A DNA stretch of 64,000 nt from Bacteroidales bacterium Bact_11 (GTDB lineage Bacteria > Bacteroidota > Bacteroidia > Bacteroidales > UBA932): contig LUZC01000012.1 in the NCBI GenBank assembly GCA_001603505.1, forward strand, positions 10,725-74,724, read 5' to 3'. Within the stretch, counting starts at the first letter, position 1. Each line of letters begins with the position of its first letter. The notes below the pieces were generated by a model. The model was not told the origin of the DNA. It saw only the letters and a program-made list of their open reading frames with translations, and ran no database searches. This document shows, piece after piece, positions 35,370 to 45,561 of this stretch. A program made the position numbers and the translations under genes.

Positions 35370-36701
35370 ATGAAGAGAGCAGTCATTCTCGGCGGAGGCG
35401 AAAGCGGCGTAGGCGCCGCAGTCCTGGCAAAGGTCCAGCATTTCGACACATTCCTGTCGGACAGCGGCACTTTGAAGGAATCCTACCGCAACGACCTGCA
35501 AAAATGGGAAATCCCCTTTGAAGAAGGCGGCCACAGCCCGGAAAAGATCCTGTCGGCCGACCTGGTGATCAAAAGTCCCGGCATCCCCGAGACCGCCCCG
35601 CTGGTGGTCCGGCTCAAGAAGCAGGGCACGCCGGTCATCTCGGAAATCGAGTTCGCGGGGTATTTCGACAAGGCCAAGAAGATCTGCATCACGGGCAGCA
35701 ACGGCAAGACCACGACCACTTCGCTCATCTACTACCTGTTGCAGAACGCCGGGCTCAACGTGGGCCTGGGCGGCAACATCGGCAAGAGCTACGCGATGCA
35801 GGTGGCCACGGAGCAGCACGATATCTACGTGCTCGAGATCAGCAGCTTCCAGCTCGACGGCATGTACGACTTCAAGGCCGACATCGCGGTGCTGACCAAC
35901 ATCACGCCCGACCATCTCGACCGCTACGACCATAATTTCCAGAACTATATCAACGCCAAGTTCCGCATCACCCGCAACATGAAGCCGGAAGACTGCTTCA
36001 TCTTCTGCTCCGACGACGAGGTGACCATCGGCGAACTCAACAAGATCGTCGTCCAGGCCAAGAAACTGCCTTTCACGCAGAACGGCGTGGTGGAGGAAGG
36101 AGCCTGGCTCGACGACGACACCATGCGGGTGCGCTACGAGGACGATGAGTTCGACATCCTTGTGCGCGACCTGTCGCTGGAAGGCCGGCACAACGTGTAC
36201 AATTCGATGGCAGCGGCCATTACGGGCAAGATCATGCATATCGACAACGAGGCCATCCGCCAGTCGCTGACTTCTTTCGAAGGCGTGGAACACCGCATGG
36301 AAAAGGTGATGACCGTCGGCGGCGTGCTCTACATCAACGACTCGAAGGCCACCAACGTCAATTCCACATGGTATGCGCTCGAGAGCGTCCAGGCGCCGGT
36401 CGTCCTGATACTCGGCGGCACCGACAAGGGCAACGACTATGCCCCTATCGCCGACCTGGTGAAGGAAAAGGTCAAGGCCATCGTGTGCCTGGGTGTCGAC
36501 AACAGGAAGATCAAGGATTTCTTCGGCAAGATGGTGCCGGTCAGCGAGACCCTCTCGGCAGAGGAATGCGTCAACAAGTGTGCGGAGCTCGCGGCGCCGG
36601 GTGATATCGTGCTGCTGAGCCCCTGCTGCGCCAGTTTCGACCTGTTCAAGAATTATGAGGACCGCGGACGCCAGTTCAAAGAAGCGGTCAGGAGGCTGTA
36701 A
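35370..36701 (+). CDS. murD: UDP-N-acetylmuramoylalanine--D-glutamate ligase
   Basis: GGGESGVGAA Rossmann-type N-terminus and ITGSNGKTTTTS P-loop. Confidence 0.95.
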   Translation: MKRAVILGGGESGVGAAVLAKVQHFDTFLSDSGTLKESYRNDLQKWEIPFEEGGHSPEKILSADLVIKSPGIPETAPLVVRLKKQGTPVISEIEFAGYFDKAKKICITGSNGKTTTTSLIYYLLQNAGLNVGLGGNIGKSYAMQVATEQHDIYVLEISSFQLDGMYDFKADIAVLTNITPDHLDRYDHNFQNYINAKFRITRNMKPEDCFIFCSDDEVTIGELNKIVVQAKKLPFTQNGVVEEGAWLDDDTMRVRYEDDEFDILVRDLSLEGRHNVYNSMAAAITGKIMHIDNEAIRQSLTSFEGVEHRMEKVMTVGGVLYINDSKATNVNSTWYALESVQAPVVLILGGTDKGNDYAPIADLVKEKVKAIVCLGVDNRKIKDFFGKMVPVSETLSAEECVNKCAELAAPGDIVLLSPCCASFDLFKNYEDRGRQFKEAVRRL

Positions 36702-36704
36702 GCG

Positions 36705-38012
36705 ATGAGGACTTTCTGGAAACTCAAGGGAGACCGCGTGATCTGGATTATCGTCGTGATTTTCGCGATGATCTCGATCGTTGCCGTGTTCTCTTCCAGC
36801 AGTTTCCTGGCTTCCTCGCGGCACATCAGCAAGGTGGCCATCTTCCTCGAGCAGACCAAGTCGGTACTGCTGGGATTCCTGGCGCTTTTCATCTGCTACC
36901 TGGTTCCCCTGCGCTGGTACCGTACCCTTTCGTTCGGGCTTTTCGGCCTTTCCGTCCTGATGCTGATCCTGCTCTACGTGCCGGGATTCCAGGTCAAGAT
37001 CAACGGGGCCATCCGCGGCATCCGCCTTTTCGGAAAAGGGCCCACCATCCAGGTGTTTGAAATCGCCAAGGTCGGCGTGATCCTCTACCTCGCCAAGGCG
37101 TTGGAAATGTGGGGCGACAAGCTCGACAGCTTCAAGGAGTTCGCACTCCGGATCCTGCTGCCCGTGGGCGTAGTCTGCCTGCTGATCATCGCCAACAGCT
37201 TCTCTTCCGCCCTGCTGATCGCCGGCATCTCGTTCCTGATTCTCTTCTTTATGAACGTGAACTGGAAGAACCTCGCCATCACCGCGGGCGGCGTGATCGT
37301 GCTGGTGCTGCTGATGTTCGGCGTCTATCACGCGTTCTTTGCCGGACGGCCCGAAAGGCTGGACTCTTCGGTCGGAAAGGTATTCAACCGTTTCGGCACC
37401 GTGGAGAACCGCATCGGCGCTTTTCTCCACCACGAAGACGAGTCGACGGCGGATCTCACGAAGGAAGAGATCCAACAGCTCAGGGACAAGGACCGCCAGA
37501 GCGAAAATGCCAAGGTGGCCATCTCGGAAGGCGGCCTCTTCGGCAAAGGACCGGGCAAGAGCACGCAGCGCTATTCCCTATCCATGGCCTTCTCCGACTT
37601 CATCTACGCGTTCATCGTGGAGGAATACGGGCTGCTTGGCGGCATTGTCGTGCTGCTGCTCTATATCATATTCCTGTTCCGGTGCATCCGGCTTTGCCAG
37701 CGATGTCAGGCCACCTACTCCAGCGTGCTGATCGTCGGACTATCGTTTCTGATCGCCACCCAGGCCTTCCTGCACATCCTGGTGAACGTGCGCCTGCTGC
37801 CGATCACGGGGCATACGCTTCCGCTCATCAGCCACGGCGGCACAGCCTACCTGGTACTGAGCGGAGCTTTCGGTATGATTCTTTCCGTTAACCGGCAGCT
37901 CGACAAACAGGAAGCGCAGGAAAAGGCGCAACGCGATGCAGAAGCCGCCCGCCTTTCTGAAAGCTATAATTATGATACCACTGACATCACATATACTTCG
38001 ACCGATGAATAA
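36705..38012 (+). CDS. ftsW: SEDS-family peptidoglycan glycosyltransferase FtsW
   Basis: About 10 TM segments. Conserved position between murD and murG. Motif LPITGHTLPLISHGGTA. Confidence 0.92.
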   Translation: MRTFWKLKGDRVIWIIVVIFAMISIVAVFSSSSFLASSRHISKVAIFLEQTKSVLLGFLALFICYLVPLRWYRTLSFGLFGLSVLMLILLYVPGFQVKINGAIRGIRLFGKGPTIQVFEIAKVGVILYLAKALEMWGDKLDSFKEFALRILLPVGVVCLLIIANSFSSALLIAGISFLILFFMNVNWKNLAITAGGVIVLVLLMFGVYHAFFAGRPERLDSSVGKVFNRFGTVENRIGAFLHHEDESTADLTKEEIQQLRDKDRQSENAKVAISEGGLFGKGPGKSTQRYSLSMAFSDFIYAFIVEEYGLLGGIVVLLLYIIFLFRCIRLCQRCQATYSSVLIVGLSFLIATQAFLHILVNVRLLPITGHTLPLISHGGTAYLVLSGAFGMILSVNRQLDKQEAQEKAQRDAEAARLSESYNYDTTDITYTSTDE

Positions 38013-39114
38013 GACTCCTCGCATCATCATCAGCGGCGGCGGCACGGGCGGGCACATTTTCCCGGCTCTGTCGATCGCAAATTCCATCAAAGCGCTCTGC
38101 CCCGAGGCGGAAATCCTGTTTGTAGGTGCGATCGGAAAGATGGAAATGGAACGGGTGCCGGCGGCCGGCTACCGGATCATCGGGCTACCTGTCGCGGGGC
38201 TTCAGCGGTCGCTTTCACCCAAGAATCTCGCCCTGCCGTTCAAGGTAATCAAGAGCGTCCGCAAGGCCGGTGAGATCATCCGGGAGTTCAAGCCCGACGT
38301 GGCGGTGGGCGTGGGCGGCTACGCCAGCGCGCCGCTGCTGTGGAGCGCATCGCACAAGGGCATCCCCTGCCTCATCCAGGAGCAGAATTCGTATGCGGGC
38401 CTCACCAACAAGATACTGGCGAAGCGCGCAGCCAAGATCTGCACGGCCTACGAAGGCATGGAGCGCTTCTTCCCGGCCGACCGCATCCTGCTGACTGGCA
38501 ACCCCATCCGCGCGGAAATCGCTCCGGCCACGCAGGCGCAGCGGGAAGAAGGCTACAAGTTTTACGGGCTGGATCCCGACAAGAAGACCCTGTTCGTGGT
38601 AGGCGGCAGCCTGGGCTGCGGCACGCTGAACCGCGTGATGCGCAGCTGGGTGGAAAACCGCGCCGCACAGGCGGATAACCAGGTGATCTGGCAGTGCGGC
38701 AAGGGCTACAAGGCCGGCGTGGACGCTTTCATGGAAGGGCGCAGCGTGCCGAACTTGTTCTACACAGATTTCATCAAACGGATGGACCTTGCCTACGCCG
38801 TATCCGACCTGCTGGTTTCCCGTGCGGGCGCCGGCACGATTTCGGAGCTCTGCGTAGCCGGGAAAGCCACGATTTTCGTACCTTCGCCGAATGTGGCGGA
38901 GGACCACCAGACGCACAATGCGATGGCGCTGGTCAACAAGGATGCTGCCCTGATGGTGCGCGACGCCGACGCCGACGCAAAGTTGCTGGATACGGTGGAA
39001 GGGTTGATCGGCGACGAGGCCCGTCTGGCCGACCTGGAGCGCAACATCTTGAAGCTCGGCCGCAAGGACGCCTCCGAGGTAATCGCGAAAGAAGTGTTGA
39101 AATTGATTAAATAA
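38005..39114 (+). CDS. murG: UDP-N-acetylglucosamine--N-acetylmuramyl-(pentapeptide) pyrophosphoryl-undecaprenol GlcNAc transferase
   Basis: IIISGGGTGGHIFPALS. The ATG at 38005 overlaps the ftsW stop (ATGAATAA). The ORF-track start at 37936 lies inside ftsW. Confidence 0.93.
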   Translation: MNKTPRIIISGGGTGGHIFPALSIANSIKALCPEAEILFVGAIGKMEMERVPAAGYRIIGLPVAGLQRSLSPKNLALPFKVIKSVRKAGEIIREFKPDVAVGVGGYASAPLLWSASHKGIPCLIQEQNSYAGLTNKILAKRAAKICTAYEGMERFFPADRILLTGNPIRAEIAPATQAQREEGYKFYGLDPDKKTLFVVGGSLGCGTLNRVMRSWVENRAAQADNQVIWQCGKGYKAGVDAFMEGRSVPNLFYTDFIKRMDLAYAVSDLLVSRAGAGTISELCVAGKATIFVPSPNVAEDHQTHNAMALVNKDAALMVRDADADAKLLDTVEGLIGDEARLADLERNILKLGRKDASEVIAKEVLKLIK

Positions 39115-39115
39115 T

Positions 39116-40471
39116 ATGTATAAATACTATTATTTCATAGGAATCGGGGGGATCGGGATGAGCGCGATCGCCCGGTACTTCAAGCACCAGGGCTTTGAAG
39201 TCTCGGGATACGACCGTACACCCTCGGCGCTCACGCGCGCCCTCGAGCAGGAAGGCATCGGCGTGCATTACGACGACGACGTGAACGCCATCCCGCAGGA
39301 TGTCGAACACACCTTCGTCATCTACACCCCCGCCATTCCGGAAGACCTCGGCGAACTGCAGTACGTGCGCAGCCACGGCTACGCCATCTGCAAACGCTCG
39401 AAAGCCCTCGGCGAAATCGCCCGCGGCCAGGAATGCCTCGCCGTGTCGGGCACCCACGGCAAGACGACCACCAGCACCCTGCTCGCCCACATCCTCACCC
39501 AGTCGGGCGAAGGCTGCAGCGCCTTCCTGGGCGGCATCTCCAAGAATTACGACACCAACCTGCTGCTGAGCCGCAACCCCGTGCTCGTGGCCGAAGCCGA
39601 CGAGTTCGACCGGTCGTTCCTGCAGCTCCATCCGCATATCGCCGTGGTCACGGCCACCGACGCCGACCACCTCGACATCTACAACGACCACGCCCACGTG
39701 CTCGAGGCCTTCGGCCTCTTCACCGCGCAGGTCGACGCCGACGGGGCAGTCGTCGTCAAGCACGGCGTGGAAGTCCCGCTCGAACAGACGACGGCGAAGG
39801 TGTACCGCTACGCCTATGACACGCCCTGCGACTTCTACGCCTCCGACATCACGCCGCTTGAGGGAGGCCGCTTCGACTTCACGCTCCGTCATCCCGGCGG
39901 CCGTATTCCGCATTGCACGGTAGGAATTCCGGGCTGGGTCAACGTGGAAAACGCCGTGGCCGCATCGGCCGTCGCGCTGTTGCACGGCACCGCACCCGAA
40001 GCCATCCGCGAAGCGCTGGCCACATTCCAGGGCGTGAAGCGCCGCTTCGACATCCATGTCAACACGCCGCGCATCGCCTACATCGACGACTATGCCCACC
40101 ATCCCAACGAGATCCGGGCGGCCATCAGCTCGATGCGCAACATCTTCCCCGGCCGGACGCTGCTCGGCATCTTCCAGCCGCATCTCTATACGCGTACCCG
40201 CGACTTTGCCGACGACTTCGCCGACGCGCTCAGCGGACTTGACGCCCTCATCCTGCTGCCCATCTATCCGGCACGGGAAGAACCGATTCCGGGCGTCACG
40301 TCCGACATCATCTTCGACAATGTGAGACTCACCGACAAGGTACTGATCCCGAAAGAACAGCTGATGGAGCACATCCGCAGCCGGAAGATCGACTGCCTGG
40401 TGACCTTCGGCGCCGGCGACGTCGACCGCTTCATCGAACCCATCGAAACCTATTTGAATACCCTCGCATGA
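39116..40471 (+). CDS. murC: UDP-N-acetylmuramate--L-alanine ligase
   Basis: GIGGIGMSAIA and VSGTHGKTTTST motifs. Confidence 0.95.
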   Translation: MYKYYYFIGIGGIGMSAIARYFKHQGFEVSGYDRTPSALTRALEQEGIGVHYDDDVNAIPQDVEHTFVIYTPAIPEDLGELQYVRSHGYAICKRSKALGEIARGQECLAVSGTHGKTTTSTLLAHILTQSGEGCSAFLGGISKNYDTNLLLSRNPVLVAEADEFDRSFLQLHPHIAVVTATDADHLDIYNDHAHVLEAFGLFTAQVDADGAVVVKHGVEVPLEQTTAKVYRYAYDTPCDFYASDITPLEGGRFDFTLRHPGGRIPHCTVGIPGWVNVENAVAASAVALLHGTAPEAIREALATFQGVKRRFDIHVNTPRIAYIDDYAHHPNEIRAAISSMRNIFPGRTLLGIFQPHLYTRTRDFADDFADALSGLDALILLPIYPAREEPIPGVTSDIIFDNVRLTDKVLIPKEQLMEHIRSRKIDCLVTFGAGDVDRFIEPIETYLNTLA

Positions 40472-41241
40472 TCCGGAGAATCATCTGCACCTGCCTGATC
40501 GTCCTAGCCACCGCCGGGGCGCTGGGTTGCTGGTTCTACTTCGTGGGAGCCCTCTCGGCGCAAGGCCGCGGGCAAACCCGGTGCGGACAGGTGAAGATCG
40601 TGCTCCTCGATTCGCTCGAAAGCGGCATCGTCAACCGGAAGGCCGTCCAGAAAGAGGTGGAGAAACAGGTGATCGGACGGGTGACCGACAGCATCGACCT
40701 CGACGCCATCGAACGGCAGATCCGGGCTAACGGCGAGGTGATGACCGCGCAGGTATTTACCGGAAGTCCCCAATCGGTCAACGTGCACATCACCCAGCGG
40801 AAACCCGTGCTCCGTCTCGAAGGGGCCGGCGGACGCTGGTATGCCGACCCGGAAGGTTATCTGTTCCCCGTGACCAACACCGTCGACGTGCCCATCGTGA
40901 CAGGCCGGCTGCCCATGCAACTGACCGCCGATTGGCGCGGCCCTGCCCCGGAAGCACAGCAGGAATGGATGCGCGGCATGATTGCACTCGCGCAATACAT
41001 TGACAGCCGCGATATCCTCCGGCAGGAAATCGAGCAGATCGACATCGCGCCCGACGGCGACATTGTGCTCTACACCCGCACACCCGGCCCGGCCGTTATT
41101 TTCGGCGACTACGGCGACTGTTCGGAGAAGTTCCGCAAGCTGGAAGCCTGGTGGCGGAACATCGCGCCGCAGACGGGGGAAACCACCTACAAGACAATCA
41201 ATCTAAAGTATAACCACCAGATCATTTGCAAGCAGTTATGA
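40468..41241 (+). CDS. ftsQ: Cell division protein FtsQ (POTRA-containing)
   Basis: N-terminal TM. Position between murC and ftsA. ATGA overlap with murC. Confidence 0.8.
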   Translation: MIRRIICTCLIVLATAGALGCWFYFVGALSAQGRGQTRCGQVKIVLLDSLESGIVNRKAVQKEVEKQVIGRVTDSIDLDAIERQIRANGEVMTAQVFTGSPQSVNVHITQRKPVLRLEGAGGRWYADPEGYLFPVTNTVDVPIVTGRLPMQLTADWRGPAPEAQQEWMRGMIALAQYIDSRDILRQEIEQIDIAPDGDIVLYTRTPGPAVIFGDYGDCSEKFRKLEAWWRNIAPQTGETTYKTINLKYNHQIICKQL

Positions 41242-42686
41242 GCAGATATGCAGCAGCATTGGATTTCGGCAGCTCGAAAGTAGCGCTCTCTGTCGGCGAA
41301 CAGACATCCGGCGGCGTCCGAATCGTGAGTTACCACGACGCGCCGTCGGCAGGCATCGAATGCGGCGAGATCGTCAACGATTTCAAGGTCAAGGAGATCG
41401 TCGCTTCACTCATCCGGCAGGCCGAAGAGGACATCCACGAGCCTATCACCACGGTAACGGTCGGCCTCTCGGGCCGGGTGCTCCACAGCATGGACCTTCC
41501 CTGCCAGATCACCCGCACCGATCCGAAAGCCTACATCACGAAAGAAGAAGTACGCCAGATTACCCGGGCACGGTACAAAGTCTCCCTTGAAAACGACGAA
41601 ACCGTGTTCGAGGCGGTTCCGCAGAAGTACAACACCGAAGACCGCATCGGCATCACGCAGGATGAACTAATCGGTATGGTCGGCGGCCAAATCGATGCCG
41701 ACTTCAAGATCTTCTACGGACGCAAGTCGATCCTTTCCCGCAGGATCACCGTCCTCGAAGAATGCGGCCTTACCCTCGGCAAAGCCATCCTCAACCCGAT
41801 CGCCTCAGCCCGCGCCGTCCTTACCCGTCCTGAAATGGAAAACGGCGTAGCCTTGGTGGACATCGGCAAGAGTACCACCGAAGTGGCCATCGTGAAGGAC
41901 AACATCGTCCGCCAGGCCGCCATCATTCCTTTCGGCGGCGAATCGGTGACGGTCGACATCAAGACCGTGACCAACATCACACGGGAATGGGCGGAGACCA
42001 TCAAACTCCTGCACGGACGCTGCTGCGAAGAGTATGCTGTCGAAAACAAAAAGCTGGTGCTCAAGAACGAAAGCGAATCGTCGGACGGTGAAGTGGAGCT
42101 CAGCCTCCTCGTCCGCACGGTCGAAGCGCGCCTGAGCGAAATTCTCGACGCCGTGCGCTACATCATCGACCAGTCGGGCTATGCCTCGAAGATTACGGCG
42201 GGCGTGGTCATCACCGGCGGCGCCAGCCACCACGAAGACCTCATCCAGCTGGCCGGAGCCCTGCTCGGACAGAAGATCCGGCTTGCCGCTCCTGCTTCCA
42301 TCGACAAGGACAGCGTGGAAGACGCCTTCGACGTATATGCCGCCACTTCAGTGGGACTTGTGCAGGAAACGCTCGAACCGCTGCTCTCGCACGCCGTAGA
42401 ATACAAGCACGACGAAATGACAGCCGCCACGACCTCCACAACCGGCACTACCTTGTTTAACGAAAAGCCCGAAGAAGAGGAAGATGAACGCGCAGCCGGC
42501 CGCGAAGAGCGCGAACGCCGCAAGGAAGAAGAGCGCAAGGCCAGGGAAATCCAGAAGCAACAGGAAGCACTCCGCAAGCAGAAGGAAGCCCAGCGCAAGG
42601 CGGAAGAGAAGGCACGCCGGAAGGCCGAGAAGGAAAACCAGCCGAGTTTCTTCGATATGTTTTTTTCAAAGGACGATAAAGCTTAA
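41238..42686 (+). CDS. ftsA: Cell division protein FtsA with a long charged C-terminal linker
   Basis: Actin-like fold: AALDFGSSKVALSVGE, VDIGKSTTEVAIV, VITGGASH. The ATG at 41238 overlaps the ftsQ stop. Confidence 0.92.
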   Translation: MSRYAAALDFGSSKVALSVGEQTSGGVRIVSYHDAPSAGIECGEIVNDFKVKEIVASLIRQAEEDIHEPITTVTVGLSGRVLHSMDLPCQITRTDPKAYITKEEVRQITRARYKVSLENDETVFEAVPQKYNTEDRIGITQDELIGMVGGQIDADFKIFYGRKSILSRRITVLEECGLTLGKAILNPIASARAVLTRPEMENGVALVDIGKSTTEVAIVKDNIVRQAAIIPFGGESVTVDIKTVTNITREWAETIKLLHGRCCEEYAVENKKLVLKNESESSDGEVELSLLVRTVEARLSEILDAVRYIIDQSGYASKITAGVVITGGASHHEDLIQLAGALLGQKIRLAAPASIDKDSVEDAFDVYAATSVGLVQETLEPLLSHAVEYKHDEMTAATTSTTGTTLFNEKPEEEEDERAAGREERERRKEEERKAREIQKQQEALRKQKEAQRKAEEKARRKAEKENQPSFFDMFFSKDDKA

Positions 42687-42689
42687 GCC

Positions 42690-43928
42690 ATGGATGCAGA
42701 TTTGATACCTACCAGTTGGGAAAAACGCGGCAACATCATCACGGTCGTCGGTGTCGGCGGCGGTGGCAACAATGCCGTTTCGTATATGTACAAGCTCGGA
42801 CTCAAGGATGTCGATTTCGTGGTGTGCAACACCGACACACAGGCGCTCCAGAAGAGTCCCGTACCCACCAAACTCCAGATCGGCCCCATCCTGACCAAGG
42901 GCCTCGGCGCAGGTACCGACTACACCGTCGGCCGCCAGGCCGCCGAGGAATCCATCGAGGAGATCGGCAAGCTGTTCGAAGGCGACACACAGATGGTGTT
43001 CGTGACCTGCGGCATGGGCGGCGGTACCGGCACCGGCGCCGCCCCGCTCGTGGCCAAGACGGCCAAGGAGATGGGCAAGCTGACGGTCGGCGTCGTCACG
43101 GTCCCCTTCCGCGATGAAGGGAAAGAAGCCCTTTATCGTGCCGTCGAAGGCATCAAGGAACTGAGCAAGCACGTCGACAGCATCCTGGTGATCGACAATC
43201 AGAAGCTTTACCAGCTCTATGGCAAGATGAACATCTTCACGGCTTTCAACAAGGCCGACGAGGTGCTCGCCACGGCCGTGAAGAGCATCGCCGAGATCAT
43301 CACCAGCAGCGGCTACATCAACGTGGACTTCGCCGACGTGAAGAAGGTGATGAAGAACAGCGGCGTCGCCATCATGGGTATCGGCGAGGCCGAGGGACAG
43401 GACCGCGCCACCAAGGCGGTGGAGCAGGCCCTCAACTCCCCGCTGCTGAACGACCTCAACCTGCGCAGCGTGAAGAACGCGCTGATCAACATCACGGGCA
43501 ACTCCGACGACGAGCACGGCATCTCGATGGAGGAACTCTCGCAGATCATGGACTTCACCACGCAGTACACCGGCGCCACCATCAATTTCAAGCGCGGTAT
43601 CGTGTTCGACGACTCGATGGGCGACAAGATCAGCGTGACGATCATTGCCACGGGCTTCGAGATGTGGCAGCTCCCCGTCATCGACGAAAATGAGATCAAC
43701 CGCAGCAACCGCATCGACGTGAAGTACGTCAAGGACCTCGCGCGCATCCGCAAGAAGGGCCGTCCCATCGCGCCCGACAACGGCAAGATGCTCAACAAGC
43801 AGCGCGTGACGGGCGTCCCCGCCCTCATCGAAGAGGACGTCCGCCTCATCAAGCAGCTGGAGGAAGAGCCCGCCCTCGTACGCCGCGAGAGAATGCTGAA
43901 TGTCAAGGAAACCCCTGCAACCGAATAA
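42690..43928 (+). CDS. ftsZ: Cell division protein FtsZ
   Basis: VVGVGGGGNNAV and the tubulin signature GMGGGTGTGAAP. Confidence 0.97.
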   Translation: MDADLIPTSWEKRGNIITVVGVGGGGNNAVSYMYKLGLKDVDFVVCNTDTQALQKSPVPTKLQIGPILTKGLGAGTDYTVGRQAAEESIEEIGKLFEGDTQMVFVTCGMGGGTGTGAAPLVAKTAKEMGKLTVGVVTVPFRDEGKEALYRAVEGIKELSKHVDSILVIDNQKLYQLYGKMNIFTAFNKADEVLATAVKSIAEIITSSGYINVDFADVKKVMKNSGVAIMGIGEAEGQDRATKAVEQALNSPLLNDLNLRSVKNALINITGNSDDEHGISMEELSQIMDFTTQYTGATINFKRGIVFDDSMGDKISVTIIATGFEMWQLPVIDENEINRSNRIDVKYVKDLARIRKKGRPIAPDNGKMLNKQRVTGVPALIEEDVRLIKQLEEEPALVRRERMLNVKETPATE

Positions 43929-43932
43929 GACC

Positions 43933-45486
43933 ATGGAAAAAAGACGCAGAGTCCGTTTTGCCCCGAGCCCGACCGGGCCGCTTCACATGGGCGGCGTCCG
44001 CACGGCGCTCTACAACTACCTGTATGCCAAGCAGGCCGGAGGCGATTTCATCCTACGCATCGAAGACACCGATTCGCAGCGCTTCGTACCGGGCGCGGAG
44101 GCCTATATCATTGAGGCGCTCCGCTGGTGCGGCATTTATCCCGATGAAGGCGTGGATGCGGCAGGCAATGTGGTGGAAGTGGCTTCGGAGAAGCATCCGC
44201 ACGCACCCTACCGCCAGTCGCAGCGCCGCGGCATCTACCGCAAGTATGCCGAGGATCTCGTGGAAAAGGGCTATGCCTACTACGCTTTCGACACTGCCGA
44301 AGAACTGACCGCGCTCCGCACGGCGGCCGAGGCCGAGAAAAAGACGTTCATCTACAACTGGGAGACGCGCGGTACGCTTTGCAATTCGCTCACGCTCCCG
44401 GCCGACGAGGTGGCGCGCCGCGTGGCGGAAGAGACAGGCTGGACCATCCGGTTCAAGATTCCCGAGAACCGCATCGTGAAGATGGACGACCTCATCCGCG
44501 GTCACATTGAAGTGAACAGCAGCACCCTCGACGACAAGGTGCTGTGGAAACGCGCCGACGAGCTGCCGACCTATCACCTGGCCAACATCGTGGACGACCA
44601 CCTGATGGAGATCACCGAGGTCATCCGCGGTGAGGAGTGGCTCCCTTCCCTGCCCCTGCACTACCTGCTGTACGAAGCGTTCGGCTGGCAGGAATCGCAG
44701 CCGCGGTTCGCACACCTGTCGCTGCTGCTCAAGCCCGACGGAAAGGGTAAGCTTTCGAAGCGCGACGGTGACCGGCTCGGCTTCCCGGTGTTCCCGTTGC
44801 GGTGGGTCAACGCGGAGGGCGAAGTGTCGCGCGGCTACCGCGAGGATGGCTACTATCCCGAAGCGTTCGTCAACATGCTGGCGTTTCTGGGATGGAATCC
44901 GGGCACCGAGCAGGAGATCTTCTCGCTGGACGAACTGGTGAAAGTATTCTCGCTGGAACGTGTGATCAAATCGGGCGCCCGCTTCAATCCCGACAAGGCG
45001 AAGTGGTTCAACCAGGAGTATCTGCGGATGCGGCCCACAGCGCAGCTGGTGGCTGAATTCCGGGCCTCCGAAGGATCTCGGATCGCGTCGTTCAGCGACG
45101 AATACGTGGGCTGCGTGCTCGACCTGATGCGCGAACGCGTCCACTTCCCCACCGAGTTCCGCGAAGCCACCGCCTTCTTCTTCGAGGCGCCGGCGTCTTA
45201 CGACCCGGCAGCGGTGGCAAAATTCTGGAAAGACGACATCCCGGCGCTGATTCCGCAGGTGCACGATTTCATCGCTTCGCTGGAGCCCTTCACGAAGGAG
45301 CACGTCGGCGAATCGATTGAAGGACTCATCCGCGAGAACGGCTGGCCGATGGGCAAGGTGATGAACACCCTGCGCCTCTTCCTCGTAGGCAAGAGCGTCG
45401 GCCCCGGCGTCGCCGACATGATGGCCATCATGGGCAAGGACGAAGTCCTTCGGAGAATTGATAAAGGAATAGTTTCTTTGAAATAA
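43933..45486 (+). CDS. gltX: Glutamate--tRNA ligase
   Basis: RFAPSPTGPLHMGGVRTA (HIGH-type) and KLSKR (KMSKS-type). Start at the ATG 4 nt after the ftsZ stop. Confidence 0.95.
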   Translation: MEKRRRVRFAPSPTGPLHMGGVRTALYNYLYAKQAGGDFILRIEDTDSQRFVPGAEAYIIEALRWCGIYPDEGVDAAGNVVEVASEKHPHAPYRQSQRRGIYRKYAEDLVEKGYAYYAFDTAEELTALRTAAEAEKKTFIYNWETRGTLCNSLTLPADEVARRVAEETGWTIRFKIPENRIVKMDDLIRGHIEVNSSTLDDKVLWKRADELPTYHLANIVDDHLMEITEVIRGEEWLPSLPLHYLLYEAFGWQESQPRFAHLSLLLKPDGKGKLSKRDGDRLGFPVFPLRWVNAEGEVSRGYREDGYYPEAFVNMLAFLGWNPGTEQEIFSLDELVKVFSLERVIKSGARFNPDKAKWFNQEYLRMRPTAQLVAEFRASEGSRIASFSDEYVGCVLDLMRERVHFPTEFREATAFFFEAPASYDPAAVAKFWKDDIPALIPQVHDFIASLEPFTKEHVGESIEGLIRENGWPMGKVMNTLRLFLVGKSVGPGVADMMAIMGKDEVLRRIDKGIVSLK

Positions 45487-45561
45487 ACGACCGGATTGCG
45501 CTTTGCGCTCTGGGAAATGCTTCCCACCCGCGCAGTTAGCGCAATCTTAAGCATCATTTAT

